Shown here in pieces: positions 13,101 to 26,208 of a stretch of DNA of 64,000 nt (the stretch's first letter is position 1; the number at the start of each line of letters is the position of its first letter). Source of the DNA: Podarcis pityusensis (taxonomy: Eukaryota); NCBI GenBank assembly GCA_964106645.2, contig OZ067038.1; one strand, 5' to 3'. The notes below the pieces were generated by a model that searched no databases, had not been told where the DNA came from, and saw nothing but the letters and a program-made list of their open reading frames with translations. Both the position numbers and the translations under genes were made by a program.

Positions 13101-16100
13101 GTAGGTGCCTCAGACTCCCATTGTATACACCCTAGCTCAGGGGTACTGGTGTGCTTGGGTGCCACCTGGTAAATGCCATCTCAGTGAAAGCAAGCATTTT
13201 TTTGGCCTATTACTAGGGATAAACTTTCTGGAGGGCATGAGATAAAGCCTAGCATCATCTTACACTTCAGCGTTGTGATCCAAGTCTTAAATTGATGGAT
13301 GTGCTTCCTTTGGTGCCCTTCAGATAGTGATATCTATAGCTCCCATCAGCATTCCTCCCCTATTTTCAAATAACATTTTAGGACAATGCACATGATTGTA
13401 TGCATCTGTGAAGTGCTTCTCGAGACCTTTCATGCAAAAAAGAGGAACTCTGGAAACTTATCAGAAGAAGACTTCATAGTTCACTAGCATTTATGCAGCA
13501 CAATCAGTTCAGGTGGGGCTATGTTGCTCTTCTGGCTTCCCAATGCCACTGCCCCTTACACTGAGGTGCAGTGGCAAGGCAGTGGGGAATGTGGCACAGA
13601 GCAGGAGCGATGGTGGAGCCCACTTGATGCTTCACCTGCACCATGCTAAGCTCCCTATCACCTCGCCCTTCTCCCTCTTGGTAAGCAGCAGCAATATGCA
13701 GTGCTAGGAAGCACTAGCTGCTACTGAATCCACATGTTACTTTAAAAAACAGAAGCAAGAAGCAGGCCTCTGCTCCAAGGAGCTTACAGTCCAGATCTGG
13801 CACTGGAACAGGGACTGAGGGAGAGACAAGGGAAACAAAGCAATACTGAGAGGGAAGGAATGGGAGATGCTAGTGCAACAAGAGCTAGCTTTCATGCTCT
13901 TTGTTTAAAACAAGGTCTGAGTCAAGCAGGGGATCACACTCCTTACACAGGGTCTAATTGGCATTCCACCCCCCCCCCTTTCTAGTATTCTTATCCCAAA
14001 CCATTTCTGCTTTCAGTCTTTGAATGGGAGTTCTTGAAAACCAAACCTCGATGTTATAATGTCTGTGCAGTTTCCACTTCAAGCCCTCTCCCATATTGTG
14101 ACCACACTTTTGAAGGAGCACAGTTTCTTCACTTAGATGCCAGAATTGGATGGTAGCCTTCCTACTTACTAGTCTGGAAGGGGGAGTGCCTGTGTGGGGT
14201 TGGTCGACTGGTTGTAGAATGACACAAAAGGGATGGAGAAGAGTTAACAAGTATACAGATGGGCAACATACTACAACATTGTGTTTAGGTAGCTGCAAAA
14301 ATGTATGTGTTGGGCTCTGGAAAATCAAAGATTCAGGTACTTTTTGAATCAGGTTAGGCAGCGGGATATTCTACTGCTGAGCATATGACGCAGAAGTTGA
14401 TACATTAGGCTGTCTTTTTAAGAAACTTTGTTTCGTGCAACTCTCCGGTATGGAATGATGCCAATAGTGGCAGTGTAAGTAGAGCTCCATAAGGATTAAA
14501 TACTTTCTGAAATGGCAATAGCTGTTCAACAAAGATGATCAGTGGACTGCCAACTTCATGCTCAGGATCTCCCTAAATCTCAGTCTGTTAGATGCTTGGG
14601 AATGAATGGCTTTGGGTGAACGGCTGTATTGTATGTGCTTTTGAGGGGTAGGGGAGGGGGAGAATTACTCTAAAACACACTTTGGAAACAGGACAATGGG
14701 TTGAATAAACCACTGTTCTGACCATAACTACCCAAAGCTGTACAGCAAGACTGTGGCAGAACAGGTAAAAGGGGGAGGAGGCTTTTTCCTGCAGCCCTAC
14801 TGAAAACCAAGTGTTAGTTAAAGCAGTGTGAACCAATGTATGCAACATTTTCACATGGTGATGCATAAATCAGTTTTGTTTAAAAGTGGCTTGTAATATG
14901 AAAGCAAAGCCTACATTTCCCCTCTTTTGCTTCCTGTTACACATTAGCAGCACTCACAATACGCGGCTCAGAAAGTGCTTTTAGTGTTGCATCTGGAATT
15001 TCCCCTTAGTGGGCAAAAATTGGTTTGATTTATAAGGAAGCAATTGCTAATGCAAGTAGCCACTGCAAATGCATCTTTTAGTCAGGCAGCCCCTTTGCCT
15101 TGACCTCTGCGTCCAACTGAATTAAATTGGCTTGAGATCATTTCCAGATGAATCCCGTGATGACACCAAAAGGGTGAGTTCCTTTTCCTAGGGCCAGTTT
15201 CCACTGAGGTCACTCGACAAACTTGGCAACGGTGTTTTATTTTGCCTTGGGTTCCCCCCATCCCAGTTGCTAAGTCATGGTCACTCCTATCCTTGCCCAC
15301 ATGCCTAGCACAGACTGTCACGGGCAGCCTGCCTCAGAGCCAGTGTACGAAGAGGAATGGGGAGAGGTGGGAACAGATGCATTTTCTGGACGGCCTGAAG
15401 GTCACGTGCAGCAAGCGGGCCCTGCCCAAGAAACAGATGGCATGGATGTTTGCGAAGTGCCCGACTGATGTGTATGATAAGGCCCAGAGAGCAAAGCCAA
15501 GATTTCTGCCGAGTCTCTCACCCAAGTCCTCAGGCTGAGTGATAGGTTAGTGATAGGTTCCATAGAGACAGGATGCTTCAGCTGCCTGAGAGTGAGAGCG
15601 AGTGCTGCAGCTATCGATGAGCTGGCTGGAATGGCATGGCTTCCCTCCCATCCTTGCTGGCTATGGAGAAATGTCTGGACTCCTGCCTGAGAGAGCAAGC
15701 TGGGCACACAAACTTGAACACATGGTGGGCGTACTGGTAGTTCAGCTTGAGCTCACCTATGCTGCTCCTAGAACGGGCTGCAATCGCGACCAGTTTCTCA
15801 GAAGACAGTCCTTTGGCATTTACATTTGGATGGGCAGAAAGAGGTCCCTACCCACCAGAACTGTGGAGAGTTGTTGTTCTTTGCTTACCATCTCTGAGAA
15901 AAAAAATAGGGTTGAATGTTCACTGTGTATAACTAAGCAGCAGAGATGAGACCTTGTTGTGTGCGCAGGGGTAGGGGTGGACAGGGCTGTTGGAGAATTC
16001 TGACGAAGAAGGAGAGAGGACCAGAAATGGCTGAGATTTATTTATCTGTCCCATGTTCGGAACAGAAAACAATCCAGAGAGTGCAACTGGTATTTGCTGC

Positions 16101-18411
16101 TGCTGTTGCTTTCTTTCCTCAAATGATATATTATTGATTACTTCCCCTCCATTTGCATTGATCCCCCCCTTGCATTGAAATGAATGGAGTGCAATAACAT
16201 ACAGTAATGGCAATGTAACTTATGTAATTAATTGTGTAAATAATGTGATTTTGCCACAGTGGACAGCAAGATGAAAAATGTAGTCTTTGGTGGAAGATGA
16301 ACTGCAGCAGAATGGGAACAATGCTGCATGTGACTTTGAAACCAGCAATGCTTGGCTTCTGCTTATCTCACCCAGCAAAAGCCTATTGTTATTAATTTTA
16401 CTGAGTGATGAATAAGGTGGATGATTCTATGGCCTGAATATTTTCGGTATATAAGGATCCCCGTTGGATGCTGTTCCAGAGAATTAGAGACTCTGTAGCT
16501 TCTTTTGCATGTGCCAGTTTATTGTGGGGTGGGGGGAAGAGTTTTGAGGAATGTTGTAAAATCACCACAATTACCAGCCAAGCAGAAAATTGGATCAACT
16601 TTGGGAAATGTAGTGATTTATATTGGCCTCTGTGGCCTGTTTGGCCCCGGATGTAATTTATTGAATCCTAAAATTATCTGTTTATGCTTGGAGTTACTAT
16701 TTTTTATTGGGAGTGTGTATGTTACTCACCCTCCCATTCAGGTTTAAGGATGGTGCTGAGGAGATGAAAATATTTTCTCCTGGGGGGCTTCATAGACAGA
16801 TATTCTTTCCTCACAGAGCTCCAATTCCATATCAGGGGGTGAATGTTGGTATGTTTTGTTTTCCTTTGTACTTTAGCAGTCTGTCTTTCTTACTTGAACC
16901 AACTAGTTGCACATCGCTGAAAAGTTCCTTATTGTAGAAACCTTTTTGACCTGCTTTATCTAGACTTCATGGTACACTATGAGCCTGGAGATTTAGGCCA
17001 GGGGTAAGGAAACCTGTGGCCTTTCAGATATTGCCGGACTCCACCTTCCATCATTCCTGACTATTAGCTAGGCTGGCTGGGGCTGATGATAAGAGTTGGA
17101 GTCCAACAATATCTGAAGGGCCACAGGGACCACATCCCTTTATAAAGTCTCAAGTGATAAGGATGATAAATGCTGAGGATTATGCTTCATAGCCTGGTAG
17201 CTTAGGATAGCTGTTGAGATGGACACAGACAGTTCTGACTTCTGCCTCTTAACTGTAAAGCAACAACTGCTGCATCAGATCTCTCCTTCTCAAACTTCCA
17301 CCTCTTCCTGACAGTCCTGTCCTCTCCATACTGTGTAGGCACCGAGTTGTATTATCCATGATGGAAACAGAGCCTCCTCAACCTCCTTTGTCTGTTTGAT
17401 TTTGTAGAAATGTGAAAAGTGTTTAGCAGAGCTCTGACTACTTACAGCTTTTGTGCTTAAATAGTTTTTTAGATGCAGTTTAACTGAAAACAGAATGTTC
17501 ACATGCAATCAAATATTGCATTGGGCAGAACAAGGATAGGTTGTTTTGGGGATAATCTATCTATATAGGGACCCAAGTATTAATAGAAACTGTTCCCAGC
17601 CTTTGGAAAATGCCAGCCCATTTGCAGAATTGTCTCCAACTAATGCACTGTCTCCAACTAATGGATGTGCAATATAAATTTTCAGCAAGGCCTATTATAT
17701 GCATCTGTGCTGCACAATCCCCACAATATCACCCTGGAATGTTCCTAAGCTTCACTGCCCATCTTCCATGTAGAACCCCCATTCCATTTCCTTGCAAGGT
17801 TAGCAAAGGTTTCCATTTCTGGAGTCATTAGCATTCAAAGCACTTCATCCCATGTGCAAGGAAACATTAATGATAATGGATGGGTTGTGAAAATCTCAAA
17901 GGAGTCCTTGCTTCATCTTTGGTATTTATGGCTTCCCCCTGCTTGTCACGCATCCTGTAGTTTCAGAAGGTGGAAGATGTGCAGAAAGGAGGGAACTGGG
18001 ATTGTATTTTCTAATGCTGAGCCTTTCATTGTTGGACAAAGTCCCTGCGTGGCAGCCACATGGAAAATACTCAGGCAAATTGAGCCAAAAATCTGTTCAG
18101 GAAGGCTTGGCTCATCTTCCAGTTGGGTTTGGTATTCAGAATTGTTCTTGCTCCTCTCTCCTCCCCCACTCCCCTTTTTCTCACAGCTGGAGAACTTCTA
18201 CTTCATACCTCAAGGAGTTCTTCATTTTGAAAAAAAATTGAAAGGAGAGAACAGGATTTCCTCTCTGCAGTAAGGCTATACCCATCTACCTTAGATCTAG
18301 GCTAGCATTGCCATAGCAGTATCATTGTTAGGGAAGCTAACAGTGCATAGATTCAGGTTGCAGTTCTGTACACACTTTAGAGTAGGCAGGATAGAATTGC
18401 ATCTGTCAGAA

Positions 18412-18772
18412 CAGGAGTGAGGAATCCTGTTCAGCCAGAGGGCCACGTTCGCTTATGGGCAGCCTTTCAAGGGCCACATGCCAGGGGTGGGCAAAGCCAG
18501 AGAAAAAAGTGGGCAGAAGAAAGAATGTGAATTTTATTTTTGTACTTTAGGCTAGTTTCTACTCACACTCACACACCCCTCTCTAACCTCCATCCAGACC
18601 AGTGAGAGGTGTCAAGGACACATTCCAGCCAGGCCAAAACACGCAAGGAGGGTGCGAAGCCAGTGAGGGGTGTAGCCTGGGAAAAGGGGGGGCAGATGGG
18701 CAGAGCTCTGAGGGTTAAATAGAGAGGCCCAAAGGGCTGTGTTTGTCCCATGGGCACGAGGTGACTCACCTG
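18412..18772. mobile_element. Degenerate hAT-derived non-autonomous element
   Basis: CAGG...CCTG ends and subterminal GGGCCAC motifs. Confidence 0.4.
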
Positions 18773-21700
18773 TGCATTTGGCTGTACACAACCCTGCAGA
18801 AACTAACTGCACAACGATCTGCTCACCACTTTTGGCTGCAGAGGCCAGTGGCACAGAACAATGACAATTAATTTCTGCCTAGGGATAGAAGCAATTTCCG
18901 GTTGCAGGAAATTTCACTTCAGGTAATCTCCCTCAAAGCCCCCATCCTGCAAAGTATTTGGTTGTTCTTGCTGCAATATGTTTTTGTTATCTGGCTTTAG
19001 ACTGCCCAGATGTGCTTTGGTGCAAAGTGGCAGGGTATAAATATTGAAATACACAAATTTTAAACCATCAGTTGTGATACTTGTAATTCCCCAGGTCGAT
19101 TCCATGAGCAGATGCCCATGCAAGTTCATGCTCAGGTTACCGAAAGTCTCAGTACTTTACTTTATTTCGCTTTGCTTACTTTCTTTCCATCTGGGACTTC
19201 CCTCCCTGTTCTCAACATCTCCTTTTTCCATAACATGGGAGGCGAGAGGGATAGGATGAGAGAAATGGTCAAGTTTTCTCTTCATACACTACAAGCAAGC
19301 ACAAAGCGCAGGAAGTGCAAATCTACTACTGCTTCCTGTTGCCCATTTATTAAGTAATGTCTGAAGTACTCCAGGATATACAGAGATACAAGCTGGGATG
19401 TAGGCAGATATTTGTTCAGTCTGCTTTTATCAGCTGTTGTAGCAGAGTGACGAAGGGCCAGGTGTGCAATGTATTTGCATGCATCCTGTTAATTTAAGGG
19501 GGGTGGGGTTGAGGAACACACAACCAAACCATTTGGGAATTCTGTCTAGCTGGAGTTTTTGTCAGAAAGAAGGGAAAAAACATGGCCAGCACAGAGCGGT
19601 AGGTGGGTGGGACTGGAATGAAGGCAGAATATTCCTTATTTACAATTTTTCTTGCCATATTTGGCGATGGAGCTGCATGCAGATTTTCTGGCACAGCAAT
19701 AATATGTGTGTGCCTAATGGTCAGGAGAAGCTGGCATGAAGTTGAGGAAGTCAGAGCAAGGCAGGACAGATGGTAGCTTCATCGCCAGAATGCTAACACG
19801 AGAGACACAGACAGAGAGGGATGGGAGGTTTCTCCAGACAATGATGGTTCAGTTCTCAGTGATGTGCAAGATCTTCCTTTTCAAGGGGGTGGGGGGTAGA
19901 TAAATAAGAAAAAGACTTTAATTCCCTTCCTGACTGCCACAAGAAAAGTGTGCCAGTTGGTTGCTAGAGCAGCTTCCTTCTTTTGTAAAGTAGCTGGGGA
20001 TGTTGTGTCGCAGTCTGGATTTGATCTTTTATTAACTGGATTAACAGATGTAGTAGGTAAGGAGCCAGCTACACAGTTGAAATGGCTGAGCTGTTGATCT
20101 AAAGTTTACTCCCTCATCACCACCCCCCACCCGGCCGGCTGCCTGTCCTGCCAGTTGCTGGATGAAGAACTTATGGTTTCTGCTGTGGCATGGGTTCAGT
20201 GGCATAGCAGGTGGTATGCATGGCTAAGCAAGAGAAGATTGGGAGGGTTGGACTAGATGATCCTCTGGATCCCTCCCAACTCTACAATTTTATGGTTTCA
20301 CGTTGATCCAACAAACGAGCCACCCCCTGCCCTTTTTAAAGAGTAGAACAGGTACCACTTTAGTGCAGCTAGCAAGAGGCATCTTTGGACTGGGTGAGCA
20401 AACGGGCACTCCTTCAAGAGGCTAGCAATTGAGCAGTCTCTTTGTACCATCATTTGGCACCTTCTCTGCGAGTGCAGACTCCTGGACAGGAGGATGGTTC
20501 CTGCATGGAAGGGGGCTGGTTGGAAGCATCTGATGACACAAGGGTGGGTACCTGCTCTGACAATCTACCTGGTCCTTCCCTGGGATCCAACTCTGCACCT
20601 GTGGCTTCCTCCTTGGCTGACTCCAAGGTTTCAGATCCTGACCTGCTAGGACCCTCCCCAAGGTCATTGGGCTTCAGGTCTTTGAGCTCATCTCCCCCTT
20701 CTGCCTGATCTGACCATCCCCTCCAGGAAAATCTCCACATGGCTTATGACACCATCCTTCCCTGGTGTACAAGCACATTGGAAGGACTGAAACTCTGAAA
20801 GCAGCTTGTCTTTGCAATGTGCTTCTGCTGTCTCCAGCCCCATCCCCGAATGAAGTTGCAGGACATGGGGGTGTGAGAAGGAACAGCCCACCTGAAGCTG
20901 TGCTGTTTTTCCAAAGCAGAATTAGCATGTTTCTCCAGTGCTACTATAGCTGCAGCCAGAAACTGCTGTCTGGCCATGTGTTGCCTTCTCTGGTTGCTGG
21001 AAAATGTCAGGCTGCAGGTGGTGCGCTGCATGTATGCCAATCTTGTCTGGAACTAGAGTTTTGCAGAGTTCCTCATCCATATAGTTCCATCTAGCACAAA
21101 TCTAATCACTCCTCTTGGCAGTGGCTCTCCAATGTCTCACATAGAAACTTTCCCAACCCCGTGACCTAAGATTGCTAGAGATGATTAAACCTGGGTCTTT
21201 TTGCATGCAAAGTATGTGCTCTATTACTGATCCCATCATTTGTGCCACAATCATCTTTACCATGAGTTATTTTGCCCCCAAAGACAGTGACTAACATGTC
21301 AGCAGAGAAACCAGGCAATAGCAGAACTCACTGCATGAAGGGGTTCCCCCAGTTCAAGTCTGTCTTTAAAACTATGAGAGAGGAGATACCCTTCCATCTT
21401 TTATTCCTAAAATGAAAGCTTGTATGTACAAAGGAGAATTTTAGCAGTGGATACCACTTCTAATATTCAGGTACATAAAACTCATAGGAAATTTGTGGCA
21501 AAACCTCAAGATTTTGCAAGTGAAAATCAAGCAAATGGAGATATTAGATCTTGCTACCAATGAAAACTCAGGGCTTGTGTTTAGAGTTTGTATCCTTTCG
21601 GAAATGCATTGCCTTTAAGCGTAAGTTACTGCTTTGTTTTCTTTCAGCTGAGCCAAATATCTTGGTCCACTGTGCCACTGGCAAATTGCTTCAGTACCCT

Positions 21701-22926
21701 TGCAAATGCATTTGGGCCAAGCTGAGGCTGGTCACATGGATGGGACAATGCCAATGACTTTTCCAAAGATAGACTCTCTGTTACAGATGTTACATTGTTT
21801 GGCCAGAGCTTTGCCCCCACCCTCTTGAATTCCTGCCTCAGTGCTTCCTAGATGAGAAGGGATTCAGAGTGGGGGGAAAGGGGTCACATTCTGCTCAAGT
21901 GCTTCATTAAGAGTCCCTTTGGCCTGGCAATAGCATAACTGGGATACGATGTCTAACTAGGAGTCTGAAAGATGGTGGTGGGGTTTGGGAGCACCACAAG
22001 AAACATGAATACATACACACCATACCAGCCTAGGAAAGAGCCAGTGCAATTGCATTGTAGCTGCATAGAACAGAGGCTGGCACTTATCCAGAAAAGTGCC
22101 CTTTTATTCATCCTCCGCACTGAGAAGATGGTTCCCAGTACAGCGGTATGGTATGTGCTCTGCAAAATCTCAGCACAGCCTAGTGCTGCTAAGCATCTGT
22201 AAAAGTTATTCTCCAGGGCAGAGTTCAGATTTCACAAGGGGTCTACCAAGAAGTTGCAATACTTAATCACAGATTCCAAGGAGCCAGTCATGATAATTTG
22301 CTCTAGTATACTAAGAAGAGCTCTGTGGCACATAAATACTTAAGATTAAATTGGTGCACAGAATACTATATTGCAGAGCCCAGTGTGAAAGAGTTATCTA
22401 AACATTGCCTAACTCACAAGAGTAATCACATTTATTATTATTATAAAAACGAACAGTAGAACTCTCTTTCCATCAAACGTTGATGACAGGGATAGACAAT
22501 GTGGAGCCCCCAGATGTTTCTAGATTGTAACTCCCATCATTCTTGACCTTTGCAATGATAGCTGGTGCTGATGGGAGTTGGAGTCCAGCAGTATCTGGAC
22601 GGCAGCACACTGGTTCCCCCTGGTTTATGTCCAGGTTTTGGTTTAACCATGAACTACCATAGCCTTCATATGCAAATGCTACCAGGGACTGGGGGAGGCA
22701 TCCAACCAAGTAGCTCTGTTAATGCTAGGATTTATATTTTTGCAACCAAACTTCTTCCTCTCTTCCCCATGCCCCCTGGCCCTCCCCAACTCTGCTCCAG
22801 ATGGTTGGGGGACACCCACCCACACCCCGAGCAGACTGGGGGCTGCAGAGAGTGGAAAGGAAGCTGCAGTTCCATTGTGCAGCCAGAAAACTTTGTGCTA
22901 ATGGAACTACCTCCCCACATGTTCTA

Positions 22927-23168
22927 CAGTGATACCTTGGGTTAAGTACTTAATTCGTTCCAGAGATCCGTACTTAACCTGAAACTGTTCTTAACCTGAA
23001 GCACCACTTTAGCTAATGGGGTCTCCTGCTGCCGCTGCGCCACCACAGCACGATTTCTGTTCTCATCCTGAAGCAAAGTTCTTAACCTGAAGCACTATTT
23101 CTGGGTTAGCGGAGTCTGTAACCTGAAGCGTATGTAACCTGAAGCGTATGTAACCCGAGGTACCACTG
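22927..23168. mobile_element. Tc1/mariner (Tigger/pogo-like) MITE, 242 bp
   Basis: TA TSD, CAGTG.TACCT/AGGTACCACTG TIRs, internal TAACCTGAAGC repeats. Confidence 0.9.
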
Positions 23169-23446
23169 TATTTACTTTTTGTCACTTACCGGTAGTTATC
23201 TGTAATCTATCCCCATCCTAAAGGCTAGTGATGGTTAATGCTTCATTTAAACTCCAGGCTTTTAGCTATTTTATCCTGTGGTAGCAAATCCACAGAGTGT
23301 TTTGTCACAGGGTGCCAAGAGTATCTGGTTTTTTTTGCGGCATAAGCTAGAGTGCACATCTACACTTAAGTCTACAAAAGCTTATGACATAATAAAACTA
23401 TTGTATTCAAACTTCAATCCATCTTTATCAACAGGTCCAATAGCAG

Positions 23447-23502
23447 CTTCTTCTTCTTCTTCTTCTTCTTCTTCTTCTTCTTCTTCTTCTTCTTCTTCTT
23501 CT
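23447..23502. repeat. (CTT)~18 microsatellite
   Basis: Seen directly; source of the spurious poly-Ser ORF. Confidence 0.95.
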
Positions 23503-24191
23503 CCTCCGTGCGAATGTGCTTTCAGTTTACTTTAAAGTGGCTCTAAGTGGTCATTAGGACAGCAAATTCAGTGAGGAGAAAAGGTATAATTGGCAGGATG
23601 GTGAACTGCAATCCCCAAAGGGTCTTCCTAAGAGGAATGCAAAGCTTTCTGCAGGTGCAGCCTTTTGGCAGGGATGCCAGAGCCCCGCCCCTGTTTCTCT
23701 GAAATGCTGGATTAGCAGCATGAAGGATGTATCTCCGCTATCCCTGCGACAGGCTGCCAGAAGCAATCACTCCTGCTGCACTCTAATTACCCTGTGGCCT
23801 GGTGCCAGCAGACGTTCCTACCAGGAGAGCTTGTTGTGAGGCAGGCAGCAGCGCAGCTTCTTGCTGCGTTTGTGTGTAGAAGGTAATTGTTTTTCTGTGC
23901 TGGGATCATAAAGTAAAATGAGGGTGAGGGTAAATCCATTTGATTCTGCGCACGGCAGGATTCCCGGCAACTCTTTAGCATGCATTTATCTCCAACCGTC
24001 TGTTGCACGCAGTGAAGCTCAAATAGCTAAGAATAATACAACAACAACACCTTCATAATTCAGGCCTGCCACCTCATGGAAAATCACTTTGGATTTTGAA
24101 ATTTGCTGTTTGTAAGGGCATGCCTTGGTTTAATTAGTTCTGCTTTCTTTCTCTGAATTGCAGCTTCATTAGTTCTGCCATTCACTGGAGA

Positions 24192-24388
24192 ACTAGCACA
24201 GTGTAGTGGATGGTGTGTCAGACGAGAACTGGGATGGCACAGGTTCAAATCCCCACTCAGCCTTGAAGCTCGCTGAGTGATCTTGGGCTGGTTGTTATCT
24301 TCCAGCATGACCTACCTGACAGGGTTGCTGTGAAGATAAAACAGGAGGCAGAGATTTCCTTGGAGGAAGGACTGGATAAAATTGTAAA
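24192..24388 (+). mobile_element. Old tRNA-derived SINE
   Basis: A-box-like GTGTAGTGG, B-box GGTTCAAATCC, ACCTACCTGACAGGGTTG core; inverse relative at 57480-57682. Confidence 0.65.
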
Positions 24389-25044
24389 CAGTAGATTCAA
24401 ATAACTCTGTCAAATGCCTGGGAGAATTCCAAGGGCTGGCCAAAAGCAGAAGAGAGTGGAATTGCCCAACAGTGAGGGAAGGCCTTGTGGTTTGCAAGGG
24501 GGATACTTAATGCTGATTAAACTGCAAGGTAGATGATCTGGAGACAAGGTTCCCTGCCTAGAATTTGCACAGCTAGTTTTCTTGCCCAGTTAATTGGTTT
24601 CAGGAATCTCGGGTTTGGGGAATCCTAATCACATTTTTGGTCTTTGTTCTTGGTTCCTTGAGTAAAGGGGAGATGACCTCCAGAGAACACTTCATCTAAG
24701 AAGGGCAGTCCAACTTTTCATACGGGCCACAAGAGTGCTTTGAAATGGAACTCATAGACCTCGCACTGCCTTGTTGCACAGGGTGTGGGGAGCAAAGCTA
24801 AAATTTGACACACGCAGCCCAGCCCTCACACTTCCTTCCCAAGGCCTTGAGAGCTGCATGCATGTTGGACCACCCTGATTGAAGATCTTAAAAGTACCAA
24901 ATATTCATTTGACGTGCTGGCTGAGCCTGATGGGAGTTATAGCCCCAAACACCAGGATGGTAAATGATGCTCTGTTGGAACACGATCTGCACTAAATCTC
25001 TTGATTCAAAAGGATCAGGAAGAATATTTAAGTTTACACAAATA

Positions 25045-25286
25045 CAGTGGTACCTCGGGTTAAGTACTTAATTTGTTCCAGAGGTCTGTTCTTAAGCTGA
25101 AACTGTTCTTAACCTGAAGCACCACTTTAGCTAATGGGGCCTCCTGCTGCCACCACGCCGCTGGAGCACAATTTCTGTTCTCATGCTGAAGCAAAATTCT
25201 TAACCTGAGGTAATATTTCTGGGTTAGCAGAGTCTGTAACCTGAAGCGTATGTAACCTGAAGCGTATGTAACCCAAGGTACCACTG
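25045..25286. mobile_element. Tc1/mariner MITE, 242 bp, second copy in the same orientation
   Basis: TA TSD and TIRs; colinear with 22927-23168. Confidence 0.9.
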
Positions 25287-25447
25287 TATAGACATTCCCA
25301 GAATAAATAGGATAACTTGGGGGAAATGTAATTAAAATGAAGCATACATTTTTTCCTTCGGTGTATAATTTACAGAGATTGTGGCTGGAGAACTCAGAGG
25401 CATTTATAGTGTACAATTCTAAATCTTCCTGGGCTCTTCAGGATGAG

Positions 25448-25895
25448 TTAAAAATAGCCCCTTTCGTGTATTTTGGAAAGCATGTTTGATCCGTGTATCT
25501 GTGTGTGTATATGTTGGTTGCTGTACACATGCTTGTGCTATAAACTAATACAGTAGCTGCCTGCTGTCGTCAGTGCATGTATATGTTACATGAGGCTCTC
25601 TGCCTTCAGATGTTTGCCATGCTTTCCCCACTAAGTCCATATTGTTATTTACAGCCCACTACGTCGGTTCCTCCCCATCTTTGGTATCATTTTTTAATTC
25701 ACGGAGTTGAGTGCTTGGAGCCCTTGTAAATCATCTGCCTTCACACCAGGGAGCAGAGCAGTAAAGGGGGGCGGGATATATCTAGTTTGCCAGTGAGGTC
25801 ACTGCGGGTTGTGGCGCGGAAAAGGCTCGCAGCAGCTGCTTGTGGCACAAGTGTCTTGTCTCTCTGGCTTGTTAATACCCACAGGGCTATATATA
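25448..25895 (+). promoter_or_regulatory. Candidate internal promoter motif cluster
   Basis: MEF2 consensus TTAAAAATAG 25448-25457, GC box GGGGCGGG 25768-25775, E-box CAGCTG 25833-25838, TATATATA 25888-25895, local CpG cluster. Confidence 0.35.
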
Positions 25896-26174
25896 TTGGT
25901 TTTAGGCAGTATTTCAGATATTCGTGTCACCTTTGTGTCACAGTGTGGATCAGGGCATGCCTAAACCCCAAGCTCCCTCTGTGGGTTAAGTTCCCTCCAT
26001 CAGGCAGAAACCTGTCACAACACCCCATGTTTGCACCCTACCCATATTCCCAGGATCATCTTGTGTCTCTTGCCCTCCATGTTTAACATTCATTGCATCT
26101 ATACCTTTTGGACAAGACTAAACAGATTAAATCCAAGCTTGCTGCAAGAGCTCCCATCCAGTGCAACTACTGTC

Positions 26175-26208
26175 ATGGCCCCAGCCTTGAGCCCAATCCC
26201 AGAGGAGG
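26175..26208 (+). CDS. Candidate alternative first coding exon of TNS1 (MAPALSPIPEE)
   Basis: gtcATGG Kozak context, AGG|gtaagc donor in phase 1 compatible with the 43556 acceptor; no expression evidence. Confidence 0.45.

Noticed and set aside
15148-15173. 26-nt micro-exon candidate (tttccag|...AGG|gtgagt, DESRDDTKR)
   Set aside because: Strong donor but short pyrimidine tract; length is not a multiple of 3 and the exit phase does not match the large exon.
23278-23535. Poly-Ser ORF
   Set aside because: Translation of a (CTT)n microsatellite.
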